Shown: positions 13,454 through 27,373, counted from the stretch's first letter. The stretch is DNA of 64,000 nt from Lepidodermella squamata (GCA_047495785.1 JBLDXI010000003.1:4154001-4218000), one strand, 5' to 3'. Made by a program: numbers and translations. Notes: a model not told the origin generated them from the letters alone.

Positions 13454-14530
13454 ATGTCCTCGTCGCAATGGTGGCCTTTTAATAACAATCAAAGCAGCGA
13501 TCCTTGGTACAACAACGCGAATCAATCTGCTGCCATGTACAACGATCCATCTAATCAACGATTTGTTTTCTACTGCCAACTTGCTCATGGCAGTCAGACG
13601 GCCGTCATTCAAGATTTCGGAACAGTGCAACAGCTTTACAAAAAAATTGCCGACGCATTCGAAATTCCTATAGAGACGGTTTGTGCTGAAGACCTGTCTT
13701 GATATTAAATAGTAAACATTTCCACATTTAGATTCTTTATTGCACGTTAAATACGCACAAATTGGACATGAATAGGCTTCTTGGTTCGGCAATTTCACCG
13801 GAAGATTTTATTTTCTGCCACGTAGCTGGTCAACCAAAAGAGCTTGAGTTGATAAAGGCCGAAAACGCAATTGGGCTGACGATTACTGACAATGGAAATG
13901 GACTTGCATTTGTGAAAGGTATCCAACCGGGCAGTATTGCAGCCCGGCATGGGGCAATTGCTGTTGGCGATCACATCGCCAGAATTAACGGCGAATCTGC
14001 CTTTGGCATGCGCCATTTTGATGTCGCTTCCCGTCTGCGAGAAATTGAGCCTGGACAAACCATTCAGTTGCGCGTTGTTTCGCCCCTAACTTCAGGATTC
14101 TGTGAGTTGACGTTCTATTTCGGTCTAATTTTATGCAATTGTTGTTTTTGCAGCAATGATCGCCCCGAGAAGTTCGAATAAATCCAATGTTGGCAATAAG
14201 TTGGGTGGAAGTGGCGCTGGGCGAAAAACCCTGCGTTTCCGTGCAGATGGCCGTGCTGTGGTGGAAGATGAAGTTTTGCCTGATGAGCAAGATCGTGCAG
14301 CTGTGGCGAAGGTCGATTCTTTGTTAGATTCTTACTTGGGCGTAAGCGATGCTGAATTGGCCGATCGATTTTGGGTGCTGGCCAAACAAGCAGCGAATCC
14401 AGCTGAATTGGCAGCTCTCATCGACAACGAAGACGCTAGCTTGAAAGCGCTGTCATTTGGCTCAACGACTTTTGTCTACGATTTGTGGGGAATTTTAACT
14501 GACTTCAAACGCAACAATCCTCAGAGCTGA
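13454..14530 (+). CDS. GIPC: GIPC PDZ-domain adaptor; exons 13454-13678, 13732-14101, 14154-14530
   Basis: FYCQLAHGSQT (GH1), GLTITDNGNGLAFVKGI (PDZ), KTLRFRADG and VDSLLDSYLGVSDAELA..FVYDLWG (GH2). Confidence 0.93.
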
Positions 14531-15318
14531 ACTTCTAAATTTATAGAGTTTGATATTTTTATGCATATGTGGCTTCTCTCTTGTGCTGTTAACTGTTTCG
14601 CTGGCGGGTGCTGGATTTTGTTGCACCTTCAACTATCTATGCTATTTTTCCGAAAATATACATGCAAGTGATCTTCTATATATTTATGCATTTTTCTTGG
14701 TCGATCTGTGTTCTCAAATTTTTCGCTGGGTCTACTAAATATCGAGGTGACTTCTTTATAAATTTCATACTAATTTTATTTATTGTTGTGCATTGAAATC
14801 ACATTCTATGCTGATCTCATGTTCGCTGTCTCACGCATTCCTCAGCGGTTGTTGGACCACTTTCTCATTGCTCTAGTCTTGAAAATTCATCATTTTGCGG
14901 AGCTGAAAAATCTCAGAAAATCGCATTACTCTGGCTTTATTTATCCGATGTCACGGCTTTATTTTCGTCGAATTCGCAAAATCACGAGTGAAAATTGTTG
15001 TTTCGTTGAGTTTTGCAAATAATAAGCTAATAAACAGCTACTCAAGTCAACCATGAAATGTTTTTTGCCTAGAAATGTCTTTAAATAAGCAAAAAGAAAC
15101 CAAATATACTCGAATATCATTGATGAAGTGATTACCCGTGCTAAATTTCAGCAAGCAACGTCAAAAAGCAAAGAAACGAGCGAAACTGATGAAAAAATTC
15201 ATGGGGCGATGCTGATAATAGCTTCTGAATCTGATCGATCTTGGTCAATGTGTTTTCATTCGGGGTTGAATACACATTTTTACTTAATTCTTAGGGATAA
15301 TTATCGCTAGTATTCCCA

Positions 15319-18300
15319 ATGGGAGTAAAGGGGCTATGGAAGTTGCTGGAACCTGCTGCTCAGCCTGTTTCATCCCTCGATGCGTTACGAGGACAAGTGA
15401 TTGCTATCGGTAAAATAGATCCAAGAAAGCAAAAACTGGAAAATTATGTTTTTTATTTGTAGATATAAGTATGTGGGCTCATCGCCTTTTGAAAGGCGGC
15501 ATCGGAAGTCACGAGAAAGCTCTAATGTTGACGTTTTCACGGATTTCCAAGCTGCTGTACTATGGAATTAAACCTGTATTCGTCTTCGATGGCGCCCCTC
15601 CTCGCGTCAAGCTTGAAACTCAGGTTGGTTTAAACGGCCATGACGAAGCCTGCTTAAACTTTTGAGAAATGATAGATGCGTCGCCGCAATCGCCGCGAAG
15701 CCGCGAGCGAACGAGTCGAAAGGCTTCGGCGACGCTTGTTAGACCAGGTGGTTGAAATGCAGGCCGAGGTCGCTGCTGCGGCGACCAGCCAGGACCCCAG
15801 CCAGCCATCGACTGAAAATGAAGTGGTCGATAAAGTTCTACAACGACTTCGCGATGCCCGCGAAGCCGAGCTGTCGAACGACATTTTCAAGCTTCAAACT
15901 GATGTTGATTTATCCGCAGTTTTGGAGGCTCAATCGTAGGTTTTCTCGATTCGACTTCAATATTTACGAATTAATTTGACAGTTCATCGAGCGAAAGCAG
16001 CAGCGATGAGGAAAGTGAAAATTCGAACAGCCAGTGGACACAACGCTTTGACGATGAAGATGACGAAGCTCTACTCAATTCAGTTTACTTCAAGGAACTT
16101 CCTCCAGAGGTTCGTCCACTATTTGGGTCTCAAAAAATGGAAAAATTATTGTTTTAGGTTCGGCATGACATGTTACTCGAGCTGAAAGTAAAACGAAAAT
16201 ACGCTGCGAGCATTGCCAGCGCACAAGGGGCAGAAACGTCATTTTTACCCAAGGTTCCCTAACAAATAGAAAGTTTGATTAGATTTAATTATTTCGAATA
16301 TAGGATCCGTCGGATTTCTCAGCCTTTCAACTCAAAAAAGCGTTGACGGGCAGCAAAATAGCGGAAAAACTGCGCGAAGCCCGGAAAGAAATCGCAGCTA
16401 ATGCCGTTGAGAGGGCGGGAGCTGATGCTTCCCTGCTACGCCGAGTCATGTTTTCCGGGGCAGGTGACAGGTCTACAGCGGCTACTGAGGTTGTTTGATA
16501 TATTTAGTTTTAACTCGAAATTCATTGAATTGACAGATTCGAGTGGAGACGGGCGGCGCTTCATCGTCCTCCGAATACGTTTTCGTGCACAACAAGCGGC
16601 AAGTGGACGATTTTGGGTTCGCTAGTGTCGCCTATCGGCCTCCGCCGAAGAAACAGGCCAAAGTTGAACCGTTGACATCACAACCGCCGGCTAAGGCGAC
16701 GGCTTTATTCATGAAAATCGGAACTTTTGACAGTTCAGCCTACGCCATTGGCGCAGCTAAAATTCAAAGCTCTGACAACGAAATGGACTCAGATTCCGAT
16801 GAAATTGATGATTATTTCAAACCAAAACCCACGCCTGTAGTGGCGAAAGCTGATCCTGTCGTTGAAAAAGCTCCAGTTCAACCAGTTCCGGAAATTATAA
16901 GCTCGGATGAAAGTGAAGACGATTTCGAGGAAGTGCCCCCTGTTCCATCAATAACTGATCTCGCGACCCCGGTGGAAAAAATAATCAAACCTATCGCGCA
17001 AAATCCACCGAAAAATGTGATAATCGAACCGCCTAAGCAGGCTGTTAGGGTGATCGAAAAAGAAACTTTACCTGTGATACCTGAAACCGAAGCAGAACCT
17101 GAAATCTGTGAAAAATCTCCCGAGTTGGCGATTTCTCAATCGCCACCTGCACAAGTGACTGAGCCTTTGAATATTTCAAAAAATTCTGAAGCCGATGTCT
17201 CGAGTTGGCAATTGGAAGATGCTTTGGTTGCTATTCGTGAGGAGCGAAAAGAAAGCGCCCAGACGGCGTTGATGGACTTTGACCGCGAAAAGCGATCCGC
17301 AGCCGCCCCGGCCGAGTCGTTCTACTCGGATGTCGCCGAGATGTGTCGCGCTTTCGGCTTCCCGACTGTCGACTCGCCGGCGGAAGCCGAGGCCCAGGCG
17401 GCAGCGATGGACAGTGCGGGTATTATCAATTGTTGTTTGACTGATGATTCAGATTATTGGCTGTTCGGTGGGCAACGGTGTGTTCGAGGCCTGTTCGCCA
17501 GTGGGCCGGGTAAAAAGGACGATGCGTTGTCGGCTGGAGCCGCTTGCTACAAATACGAGTTATCGGAAATAGTGAAAAATACGGGTCTTGATCGGGACAC
17601 GATGATTTTCATCGCCATGATTTCTGGCAGGTAATTTTTTCAAACATCTTCAAAAAAGTACCGAGACTAGTGATAACTTTGGACCATTTTTGAAGTATAG
17701 AAATCAAATGGAATTATTCCATTTTTACCTGATATTTTGCAATTGCAAGCGTAAATATGGAAGGGTTCCAAATCGCTCCCGTGAGCGCAACCTCAAGAGC
17801 GTAGACGCGTCGCTTTATTTGCGTATTTTTTGCTCGGTTAGGTCGGAAAATTGCCATAAAACGAGGAAATTTCAACTCAAAAAGTAAATATCAACAGCCG
17901 CCTGAAATGCTGGGGTGATGGAGTCCAGTGCCATCTATTATTTATTTAAGAGCATATGAATCCCAAAGTTGAGAGCACGTTAACAAAAAGTTTCGAGTGG
18001 TATAAAAGTGGCAGAAAATTCGAGTCATATTTCAGCCCGTTTCAAAATTTGATAATAACATAACAAAAGATGTACAAAATTCAGCATTTGTATGATTTGA
18101 GCTTAGGTTTAGTCAACAGATAATTGTAAATAAGTGAGCATTGTAACAGATTTTGAAGCCGCAATCGCATCGTGGAGGAAGGCTAGTATAGGAAGTAATA
18201 TCGACTGGGCGATGATGAGGACAATGAAAGTGGAGTGGTAGATTGTTAAACAACAGAGGCCCTGCGTAACTAAGAGAGGCTTGGCCGTAGTCAAGTTTCA

Positions 18301-20467
18301 TAGTAGGAATTTTGAAGCTGAGACGTGAAGAACGAGTAGAAGATCGAGGATTAGGAATAAAAATAGATTTTATAACATCTAACAAAATGTTGAAGTTTCA
18401 ATTTTTCTACTCGATTCTTTTGCGGCCGCAAGGCGCTGATCTTCGAGCTTGGCCAGGTCAGTTTCGAGCTGCTCAGCGCGGAATTGCAGAAATGCAGAAT
18501 TTCTCATTGCATAGGTTCTCCATTTTCCGGCGCTGTTCGTTGACATTGGTGCCAGTTGACAGCTGAAGAAGAAGTTTTCAATAGCTTGCTCTTCTTTAAT
18601 CAACATCTCGACAAATTGCCATCAGAAAAAATAGCAAATTATCAATAAAATTGCCTCAACGATTTTATTGGTCCGGAAGTTCCACCAAAGGCTCGTTCCA
18701 CTCCTTGGGCTTTAACCTAGCCAGGTTTTCTCAAACCGGCAGTAGTCAGCAGTAACAGTCAGCGAAACCGGAGAATTTCCGAACTTCATGGTTAGATAGG
18801 GCCTTGATTCTTTGGTGATTGATATTTGGCAATCGGGTCGACGTGTTCCGACTTGAGAAAAGATAGCGAGAGAAACCGCCTATAGATTGCCGTCTTTCAA
18901 CGGGTTCGCGCAATGGTCCCAGTAACCCGACCCCTGCACCCATCTAATGACCGCCTGAGAAAAATGGCAGCCGCGAACGACTACCATCCAGCCTGCGAAG
19001 CGCAGGTAAAAGGCAGATTTCGAAGTCGCACGTGACCTCTTCGAGCAGTAGATTTTCACAAGTCGATTCGCAGCCTTCGAAGATTTTTTTGAACACCCTT
19101 TCGTAATCAAACCCAGCCTGGCAGAAAACGGCCAGGGCTGACATTTTGTGTTCCTCGGTGTGAATCGAAAATAGTTGACGGGAAAGTGTAGGCGCATTTG
19201 AAAGTTGCACGAACTACGCGTTTGAAGCTCGATTTTGTCGCAAATAAACAGTTCCATCGTCGTCCAAGTAGTAGACAAAGTCCTCTACTTTCTTTGCCCG
19301 TGAATATTTCGAAATTTCGTGGCGACATGCGTTAATGTCTCGTTCAGTTTCCAAAGCCATACCCTCAGCTAGTATTTCTAGTAAATATTCGGGTGAGACG
19401 GGGTTGGTGGGTAAATTTAGATTTTTCCCCAATAGACAGCGTTTTTAGATGACTCAAACCTCGTAAAATGCTGCGCCACGGCCGGGTCCAGTTGAACACG
19501 AACTTCAGCGTAGATTTTATTGGCTGGTTTGCTCGGATTTTTGTTTTGCTTTTTCTTCACCTCAATCCTGGCTAATTCAATTACTTTGAACTCCGAGCCA
19601 TTTGAAAGAAGAAGAATTGTATGCAAAGAATCTTGTGTTTTTATCGTTTGATGTTGCTAAGCCACAAGTTTTCAAGATTACCCATAGTCTACAATTTTCC
19701 TCGTATTGTTAAGGTATACGATTCATTTTTTTATCTTTTCAGTGATTACTCTGATGGATTGCGTGGTTGCGGGCCTGCTCTAGCTCTAGACATTTGGCGG
19801 GAATTCTTCGATAAGAAAACCGATGTTGAGGATGACAAAATTTTGGAGCCACTTCGTCGTTTCAAAAACGCTGTTTTAGCCGCTTATTCTGGCGATGATT
19901 ACCCTGGCCTGGCGAAATCGGCTGCCCTGGTCGTCGATCGGTTTCTAAAACGCCGGAAACAGGCGAATCGGCGACAGGCTGGGCAGCGGGAAATCGATAT
20001 TGAAGATATAGCTGAGGAGCGATTTCCATCTCCTGACGTAGTCGAGGCATTTCTGAGGCCGAATGTGAAGCTCAACGAATTTATTGACGAAAATAATAAC
20101 GATTTTTTCGACGATAACCCTCGATTTACTTTACGCTGGTCAAAGCCAGATTTGGATCGGCTCAAGGTTGGCTAGATTTTTCATAATTTTTCATAATATT
20201 TATTTTCGTATTTCTCAGAGTTTTGCAAAGCGGCAGTGGAACTGGCAGCCTGATCGAACTGAAGCTGTGTTAGCGCCTGTTTTACGGCGTGTTGATTTGA
20301 CGACGACCAACCTGCCAGGCCAGGCGACTTTGACGTCACTCTGGAGGGCCATTCCGACTGTTTCTCATACGACAAATCGCAGCAAAGCTCAACAGCCGAA
20401 CAATAAGGAGAGTGATAGTAAAAACAATAACGCCAGAAAAGGTGCTGCGAAATCTCGCAAGAAATGA
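15319..20467 (+). CDS. ERCC5: XPG/RAD2 structure-specific endonuclease, multi-exon, with a 2.1-kb intron at 17631-19742
   Basis: MGVKGLWKLLEP, KLLYYGIKPVFVFDG, spacer LPPEVRHDML..DFSAFQL, EAEAQ..TDDSDYWLFGG, GS|DYSDGLRGCG, FPSPDVVEAFLRP, WSKPDLDRL. Confidence 0.92.
17938..18375 (-). mobile_element. 5'-truncated L2/CR1-group LINE fragment with TAAA tail, nested in the MULE remnant
   Basis: DYGQASLSYAGPLLFNNLP..HCPHH..CDCGFKIC is homologous to the 38.2-39.3 kb LINE; shared 3' tail; flanking direct repeat catcta at 17932-17937 and 18376-18381. Confidence 0.8.
18382..19630 (-). mobile_element. Decayed Mutator-like (MULE) transposase in the XPG intron
   Basis: Motifs read across stops and frameshifts: YLDDDGTV, APTLSRQLFSIH, YERVFKKI, VTCDFEICLLPAL, VRGCHFSQAVIRWVQ, WQFVEMLIKEE. 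Confidence 0.75.
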
Positions 20468-22058
20468 TTTTATTTCTCATTCATTTGATTGAAAATTTGG
20501 CTATAATAAAACTTTTTGAGCCCATTTGTATCCGGTGTTATTTCAGTCCTACAGTACTGCCATTGAAATGTTGGGGAAGGGCGCCGAATAGGAGGCAAGC
20601 GTGTTTGCCACGTGATACACCTCAGACTTGGGACTTCGAAAAATTGTCTAAGATACGAATCATTTGTGGGAAATCTGGGGCAATCACGCGCCACTTTAAA
20701 TGGATCTATTCGGCATGGCTACTTCAGACTTGTGGCTCATCCTTACTCTTTTTCCAGAAAATCATTTCATTAGTGTGCTGCAGTTGAAGATTTACTTCTC
20801 TCGTAAAGTTCTATATTTTTTTGCTCGCCTAAATGCATTACTCGATCGATTCAGGAACCGTAATTTAGACCGACCGAATTAGGCTTCAGTTCACATCTAA
20901 TCCACCTATTCAAGGTATTTGAAAAAAATGATTGACACTTCAATAACGATTTCAATCTTGGCCACGTGCCTATGGCACCCGTGTTCCGTATTTCCCTTTG
21001 AAGGCTCATATTTCGTTGCCAACTGTGAGAAATTCCCACCCATGGATAATCACTTAATCTCGGAAGTTTAAAATTCATCCGGAATTTAGTGACGTAACCA
21101 CATCACGTTACCACCGACTGAGAGTCGCGCGGTAACCCGGGTTGTCGAGATGATGGCGTAATGAGCCGGCAGGTGCGTGGCTCTGCGTGAGGCCCTTCGA
21201 ATAATGCCGGCGAATTGTTGCGCGGCACCGAGGCGGAACGGTTGTTGGCTCGCAAGGCGGGCGGTCAGTGGCGCCATTAAGCCGATTGTTGTGTCACGGG
21301 TAACAAAAGCGCACGCAGCACAATGCACGACGAATGCCTCGAATTTCAGGCGACCCCGAGGACGACAGACACAGCCGCTCGACTCGACCCCGTTCGCGGT
21401 ATTGCGAACTTTTCTTGGCCCGCTGTCTCGAGTCGCGCGCAGCTAAACGCAATTTGTTGATAGTGTCGCTTTTTTTCTATTTGTTTTTCTCGCCGAGTTA
21501 GTAACGCGTGGGAGAGCGACAACGTGTTGCGGGCGTGTTGACTCACTGTTACAGGCCCTACTACGACATGATTTCAACGTAGAAACGAGCCTATGGGGGT
21601 TAAACGTTACGCTGTACTTTTTCCACCATGCATGCGCGCGCTTTCGGTGTTTGTTTCACCCGCTCACTAATACTACTGCAAAAAATGTACAGAACACCTG
21701 TGAGGCGCGTGTGTAGTAAGGCGAATTTATCAATGCTGCATAGGTTATAATAATAGGGATAAAGCTGCTCCAAGGTTTGTGTCAACTTTCTCCTACAATT
21801 AGCGTGAAGCGCCGAGTTCCGCCACAGCAGCGAATTGGTCAACACCGGCTCTTGTAGTATGCGCGTAATGATTCGAGCCATCCAGCTTAGAAGGCAATTC
21901 CTTCTGAACACGTTATGAGCAAATGAATTAATCCCCCCTCATGAAAAAAATCGCCACAAATTACAGTTTACTCAAGCATAAAATGATATTTTGTAAACAC
22001 TTATCTAATTACTGATCTGTTTTTAGACTAATTAATTGCTAATCAACAAACAAAAACC

Positions 22059-22518
22059 ATGAACAACCTTATGATCGCTTTTGGCCTCGTTCTGGCTGTC
22101 GCCACTCTTTCGACAGGTAAATTTGATTTTTATTGATTTTTATTTATTCTTTATTTTTCTGAATTTCAGAAGCGCTAAAATGCATGCAATGCACCAATTG
22201 CCCGTACAGCCAGGTTGTCGGAATGTCGTCGACTGATTGCGGTGGTAGCGATAAATATTGCACGGTAAATTTTGATTAAGATGGAATATTTGCCCTCATT
22301 CAATTTTGGCGCTGTCTTTATAGGTCATCCAAGAGAGCGGCCTGTACAACCGCGGCTGCGCGCAGACCTGTGAAATGGGCAACGGTGCCATCGACAACAA
22401 CGCCGAGGGTCTGGTCATGTGCTGCCAGAAGGACGGTTGCAACGCGGCGCTGTCTCTTATCGCTTCTTCGCCCGTCGTCGGCTTGTTGGTCGGAGTGATT
22501 GCCCTGCTACGCCTCTAA
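22059..22518 (+). CDS. Ly6/uPAR three-finger GPI-anchored protein (cluster 1, gene 1), 3 exons
   Basis: Signal peptide, LKCMQCTNC..CGGSDKYC..RGCAQTC..CCQKDGCN (10 Cys), hydrophobic tail. Confidence 0.9.
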
Positions 22519-23676
22519 ATTGTCAATTTATTATTATTATTATTGCCTTTACTCCACGCTCCGTGCTTCCTCATTTTACTCGAACTTTTTGAACCCGTCT
22601 CGTGTTATTGTCAACAATTATAGATGACAAATTTTGTTTTTACTCATCAACATCATCATTGGAATTTCTCAAGTCAACAGCTTTAGGACGGCTATTTTTT
22701 AGGCTCCATTACCGTTATTACAGTTCAAAAGATTGAATCGTTATGGTGATGACACTTTTATCGACGGTTCATTTTGTTTGTTCTCTATTCCTATATGATG
22801 TAAATATCTGACAACATTCCACCGATATCAGCAGTTTTAATCTTTGTTTCTGTGAAATGTAACAAACAAAAAACGACGAGTAAAACGATAAAAATTGATA
22901 TGTTATTTCGCGTTTTTGTCACCGGCTGCTGCTACATTAGGGGTTCGTTGCGTAGTCGAAGGTGTTTTACGCTTGGCCGTCGAGCGCGCCTGCGTGGGAA
23001 TAATCGGATGAATCCCGAAGAAATGACGTTACGGCGCCAATTTTCACACATTTTTCACACGCACTTTTGCACCTACGTTAATAGCCTCCTACAATTAATT
23101 GCTTTGTATACGCGCCGAATCGCCGCTTTATTGTCGACAACAACAATACATATTGTGGCGTTCTACAATAGCCTTTTTATCAATGAATAGCGACTCAATG
23201 AACTGAACTTGGAGTCTCTGCCTCAAGAGTGACATAATGATTTGTAAATTGTTACGTTCAAGTTGACCGAATGTAACGCCGTAAAACTTGGAGAGAAAAA
23301 GTCAAATTATTGTTCATCCTTATCGTCGGTTTTATTTATTTCAAGAGACTTGCTGCTTCTATACACAATGCTGGTAATCTCATCGTCTGGTATAAGGCGT
23401 CTCGAAGCGAAAACGCGCCAATATGACTATGACAGTCAAGTTGTTGTATTTAAAAACATGGTAAATGCAGGTAAAATGACAACATAGACACGAAGTAGAA
23501 GCTAGCTTTGTTTTAAAACTGTTGTTGTGTTTGAAATTCGACTTTGGCGATTTTCTTTTTGTCGTCGAGAAAAAAGGAGTAAATACAGCGCGGTGATAAC
23601 ATGAAAATTATTAACAATAGTAAGGACTCGGATTAATAACGCGGGACAAGGCATCGGGTACAACGTTTAAAAAATT

Positions 23677-24175
23677 CTATTGGCGCCTCAGTGCGTTGTA
23701 GGCGGCCAAGATCGCGAGGAATGACGCTGATAGTCCGAGCCACGACGCCGAGAAAGAAGTCGCCGAGTTGCAGCCTTCCTTGTCCTTGCAGCAGTTGACC
23801 GAGTACTTGACAGAGTTCAGCGTCCACGAGCCTTCAGTGCAGTTGACAGCGCAGCTGCGAGTGATCGAACCGTCGCTCCTCACTTCTTTCTATTAACATG
23901 AGAAATCAATTAATATTTGAATACATCGAAAAAATGACTAAGACTTACATAGCAATAACGATGGGCAGGTTGGCATTCGCTGATAGCATAACCGTCGGTG
24001 GTCGAGCAGGGCGAGCAAACGTAGCACTTCATGATTGGTGGAACGGTGGTCTGAGCGTAGCCTGGAAAATATTGCGGAATTGAAGACAATAAATAAGGAA
24101 TGTTTAAGGTGGCTTACAAAGAGTTGCAAAAGCAACAACTGCAACGCCAACGGCAATGCACTGATTCGTAAGCAT
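23677..24175 (-). CDS. Ly6/uPAR protein (cluster 1, gene 2), 3 exons
   Basis: MKCYVCSPC..CQPAHRYC..RSCAVNC..CCKDKEGCN plus GPI-type tail. Confidence 0.9.
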
Positions 24176-25704
24176 TATTACTTTCGATTGATTAATTCAG
24201 TAGAGTCTATCAGTAGAGAAAAAAATTCGAGTAAATAATTAGTTGAATTAATTGATTATCGCGGGCTCGTGTCATGAATGATTGCTACCGCGGCAAGTGA
24301 CCACTTTGTGTAAATAATAAAAAAGTTATAATTTGATAGCAGCATATTAAGGCCGGTTACTTAACGTGCGTATTAGCGAGACGCCAGCGAGGCAGCAGAT
24401 ACACGAGCCTATGAGAGTTGAGCTTTGATGATCGCAACTCCTGGGTTGCAGTTTTTGAATATTTACTTTTAAATAAAGGCCATGTATGCGTTGACACGCT
24501 AGACGCGCGTGCGCGGCACAAATAATACAGGTGAGCTGATGTGGGGAGGTGAATGTGTGTGTGTGGAACTAGCGGAGGTGGCTAATACGCGGCAAAAAAC
24601 AAACGCGCTTACAAACACAAGAAAAAACGTTGTTGGAAACAAATAATTGATACAATATAACAACGCGCGTTCGCCGTCTCGTCAAACGGTAATTGAGGCT
24701 CTCGGCTGAATCAGATAAATACAACTGACTTCTGGTTTCATGATGGAAACTGGCGGTCATCGCGTCGGCGTGAGATCACCGTGTATTGATATAGTCGAAA
24801 AGGACAAACAAAGAGAGTCGTGCGAAGTTTGAAAGAACTTTGCGTTCAAGTACTCCGTAATCGCAACTATGGCGTTTTGTTAAGCTGGCGTTAAGTTACT
24901 CGACGCCGTCACACAGAGATGCCGCTCGCAGCCGGATGACATACCAGCAGGTGACTCTCGGCCACGCATTATTGCGTGCGCGCGCGCGCGATGGGGCCGA
25001 ACGTGTTACGCAATCAATTTTCAAAAATAATCCACGCACTCGGTTACGCGCGTGCGACGGCCGAATTGTATGACCCACGCGACCCACGTTGCGCGCAATG
25101 ATGAATGGCGTATGTAGAAAAAAAAAAGAATCGCGTTAATCTGCGCACCGAGTGCCGCGACACTCGCAAATGTACTGTTGTGTATAGTGGAAACAATTGT
25201 TCGCACGTTCAGCTGCTTGACTCATTGTGAAAACGGCCGTGAGAGTGGGCGTGCCTATTGCCTCACCCGTGTTATATTTTCGTCAAAAATCACAACTCCG
25301 GTGCAGTGAAATAAACAACAAAAGGATGTGTGTACAAATCGAACGTTATTTTTATTGCGTTTTAACCGAGCATTTTTCAACACAGTTGACCGTAAATTGT
25401 CGCGACAAAAAAAGAGAACTGTACAATCCTTAGGAAGTCATTGTGTTTCAATTTTTATCGTTCTTTATTTTCAAACTTCGAACATTGAAATAGCTGAACA
25501 GTGCCCGGAGGAGGGCTGAGACTTAAATGCGAATAAGAATGATCGAACTAATTTTTTTGAAATGTTAAGTTGGTCGTAAAATTATTACAAGTAAATAATA
25601 TTGAAAAATGACGTTGAATTAATATCGGGTTGATGATGACGGGCAACGATTATACAACAACAACAACATTCTCAAGGTGGTGGTGGTTGATCAAAAACTA
25701 TCGT

Positions 25705-26174
25705 TCACTTCCGGGCGAACAACACGGCGATAGCGACGGCGACGAGGCTCGCGTAAAACACGGGCGTTAGCGAGGTGGACGCGTTGCAGCCGTCGGTTCC
25801 GCAGCACCGTTGCCAGTTAGCATCGCCAGACTGGCCGGTTTGACAGGTATCAGCGCACTCGGCGTATTCCATACCATTGGACCGAATGATCTATAACACA
25901 TATTGAGTTGAATTAACATGAAAAATATTGAGTTTATTCGATCGACTTACATAGCAATATGTCGCACTGCTGGTGCATTCGCCGAGGGTGCCCTGAGTCG
26001 CGGTACCGTTGATGCTGCAACCCTTGCATTTCCAGCATTTAAGGCCAACTAAAAATGCGAAATTTGTTTTAAAAAATCTTGGCTCCAGCAACGCGTTGTC
26101 TCACCTGACATGTCGACGAAGAAGAGCGCGATAAGGGCAGGCACGACAAGCATAGCGATCTTGTGGAAAGCCAT
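25705..26174 (-). CDS. Ly6/uPAR protein (cluster 1, gene 3), 3 exons
   Basis: LKCWKCKGC..CTSSATYC..ECADTC..CCGTDGCN plus hydrophobic tail. Confidence 0.9.
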
Positions 26175-27262
26175 TACAATTGATGATTGATTTCGAATCA
26201 ATAAATCAAAAATCTAAATTTCAACAATTAAAAAAAATGAATAAACGAGTTAATTGAAACTGCTTGTTGTTGTCAAGTGGTCACTATTAGCCAGAGCATG
26301 ATTAACTGTAGTATATGCTGGCTGCCACGACAATTGCAACGTTAACATTTGCCTGAATTTTACGATGAATGATAGCTCTATGCTCGTAGTTGTTGCTTGT
26401 TGCAATTAATAATAGCAGAATCACCCGGTAGCGTTAAGAGATAATAACTGCTGGATTCTGGAAGCGCGCGCAAGAATAGTGGGATGAATACGCATGAAAG
26501 TTAGTAATAATAAAGGCAACCAGGCTGTGATGTAAAGTGAGCGGCCTTAACTTAGCCGAGTGTGACGAAGAGGCCGCGTGAGCACAAGCGCACAAGCACA
26601 CGAATGTAGCGTATTGTTTGCTTATTCGTCGCTGTCGTCGGCCATGTTGCGAAATTTTCAAAGGCAGTAGTAAATGCTCCGCCGCGTGAACGAACGAATA
26701 CCACCAACGTTGCTCGTAATCGCGTAACCGAAAAGGCGCCCCATCGTGTTGACGTTTTCTAACGAGACAGTAGCAGTAGTAATATCGCGCGGTTTCGCGT
26801 TAATAAGCGCGCGCCCCCGACTCAGAATTCTCACACTTCGAAGCGCAAATACTACACGCAGTACTACGACTACTACGACCCGAAGGTCGATATGAAGCGA
26901 TTGTATCAGAGTTTTTTTTGCTTTTACAACTTGTCGACGACGTTAACCGCCCCCGCGTGTTTATTGAGCAAAACACGGTGAATAACGCCTCGAGTAGGAT
27001 AGTGCGAAATGTCACGTTTGGTAAAACATCTTCGGCCTATTTTCCAGATCATTCTTGACAATGTAACAGTGTAGAGAAGAAGAAATAAAGCTACACACTA
27101 AGGCTGTTGCGGCGATTTGACCTCATTTATTAACATTTTGAAAAAAATACTCGTGTATTTTGGATTAATCGGCTCTTGAGCGAACTGGAATAATGAGATT
27201 GAGATGAACAAAAAGCATAAATTTAGAGAGAGCGAATTTTAGGTCGATTGGGACACAAGACA

Positions 27263-27373
27263 CAACCCAAGAAAAGGTACCAAATTGAATGGTAGCATAG
27301 CAATAACTGGAGCATTCTAATGCCTGTTTTCATTGGACAGCTCGGATACTTATGGTACCTTTTTCTTGGGTTG
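27263..27373. repeat. 20-bp inverted repeat pair around a 70-bp spacer (MITE-like remnant)
   Basis: caacccaagaaaaggtacca (27263-27282) versus tggtacctttttcttgggttg (27353-27373), one extra T. Confidence 0.6.

Noticed and set aside
13425-13456. Splice acceptors just upstream of ATGs (GIPC, XPG, Ly6, cyclase), suggesting SL trans-splicing
   Set aside because: Cannot be told apart from 5'UTR cis-introns, which are evident for other genes (117-220, 43682-43741); needs 5' transcript ends
18746-19432. Three consecutive same-frame ORFs separated by single stops, suggesting readthrough or a variant genetic code
   Set aside because: Stops are mixed TAG/TGA with frameshifts, consistent with a dead MULE; host genes use TAA, TAG and TGA as normal stops
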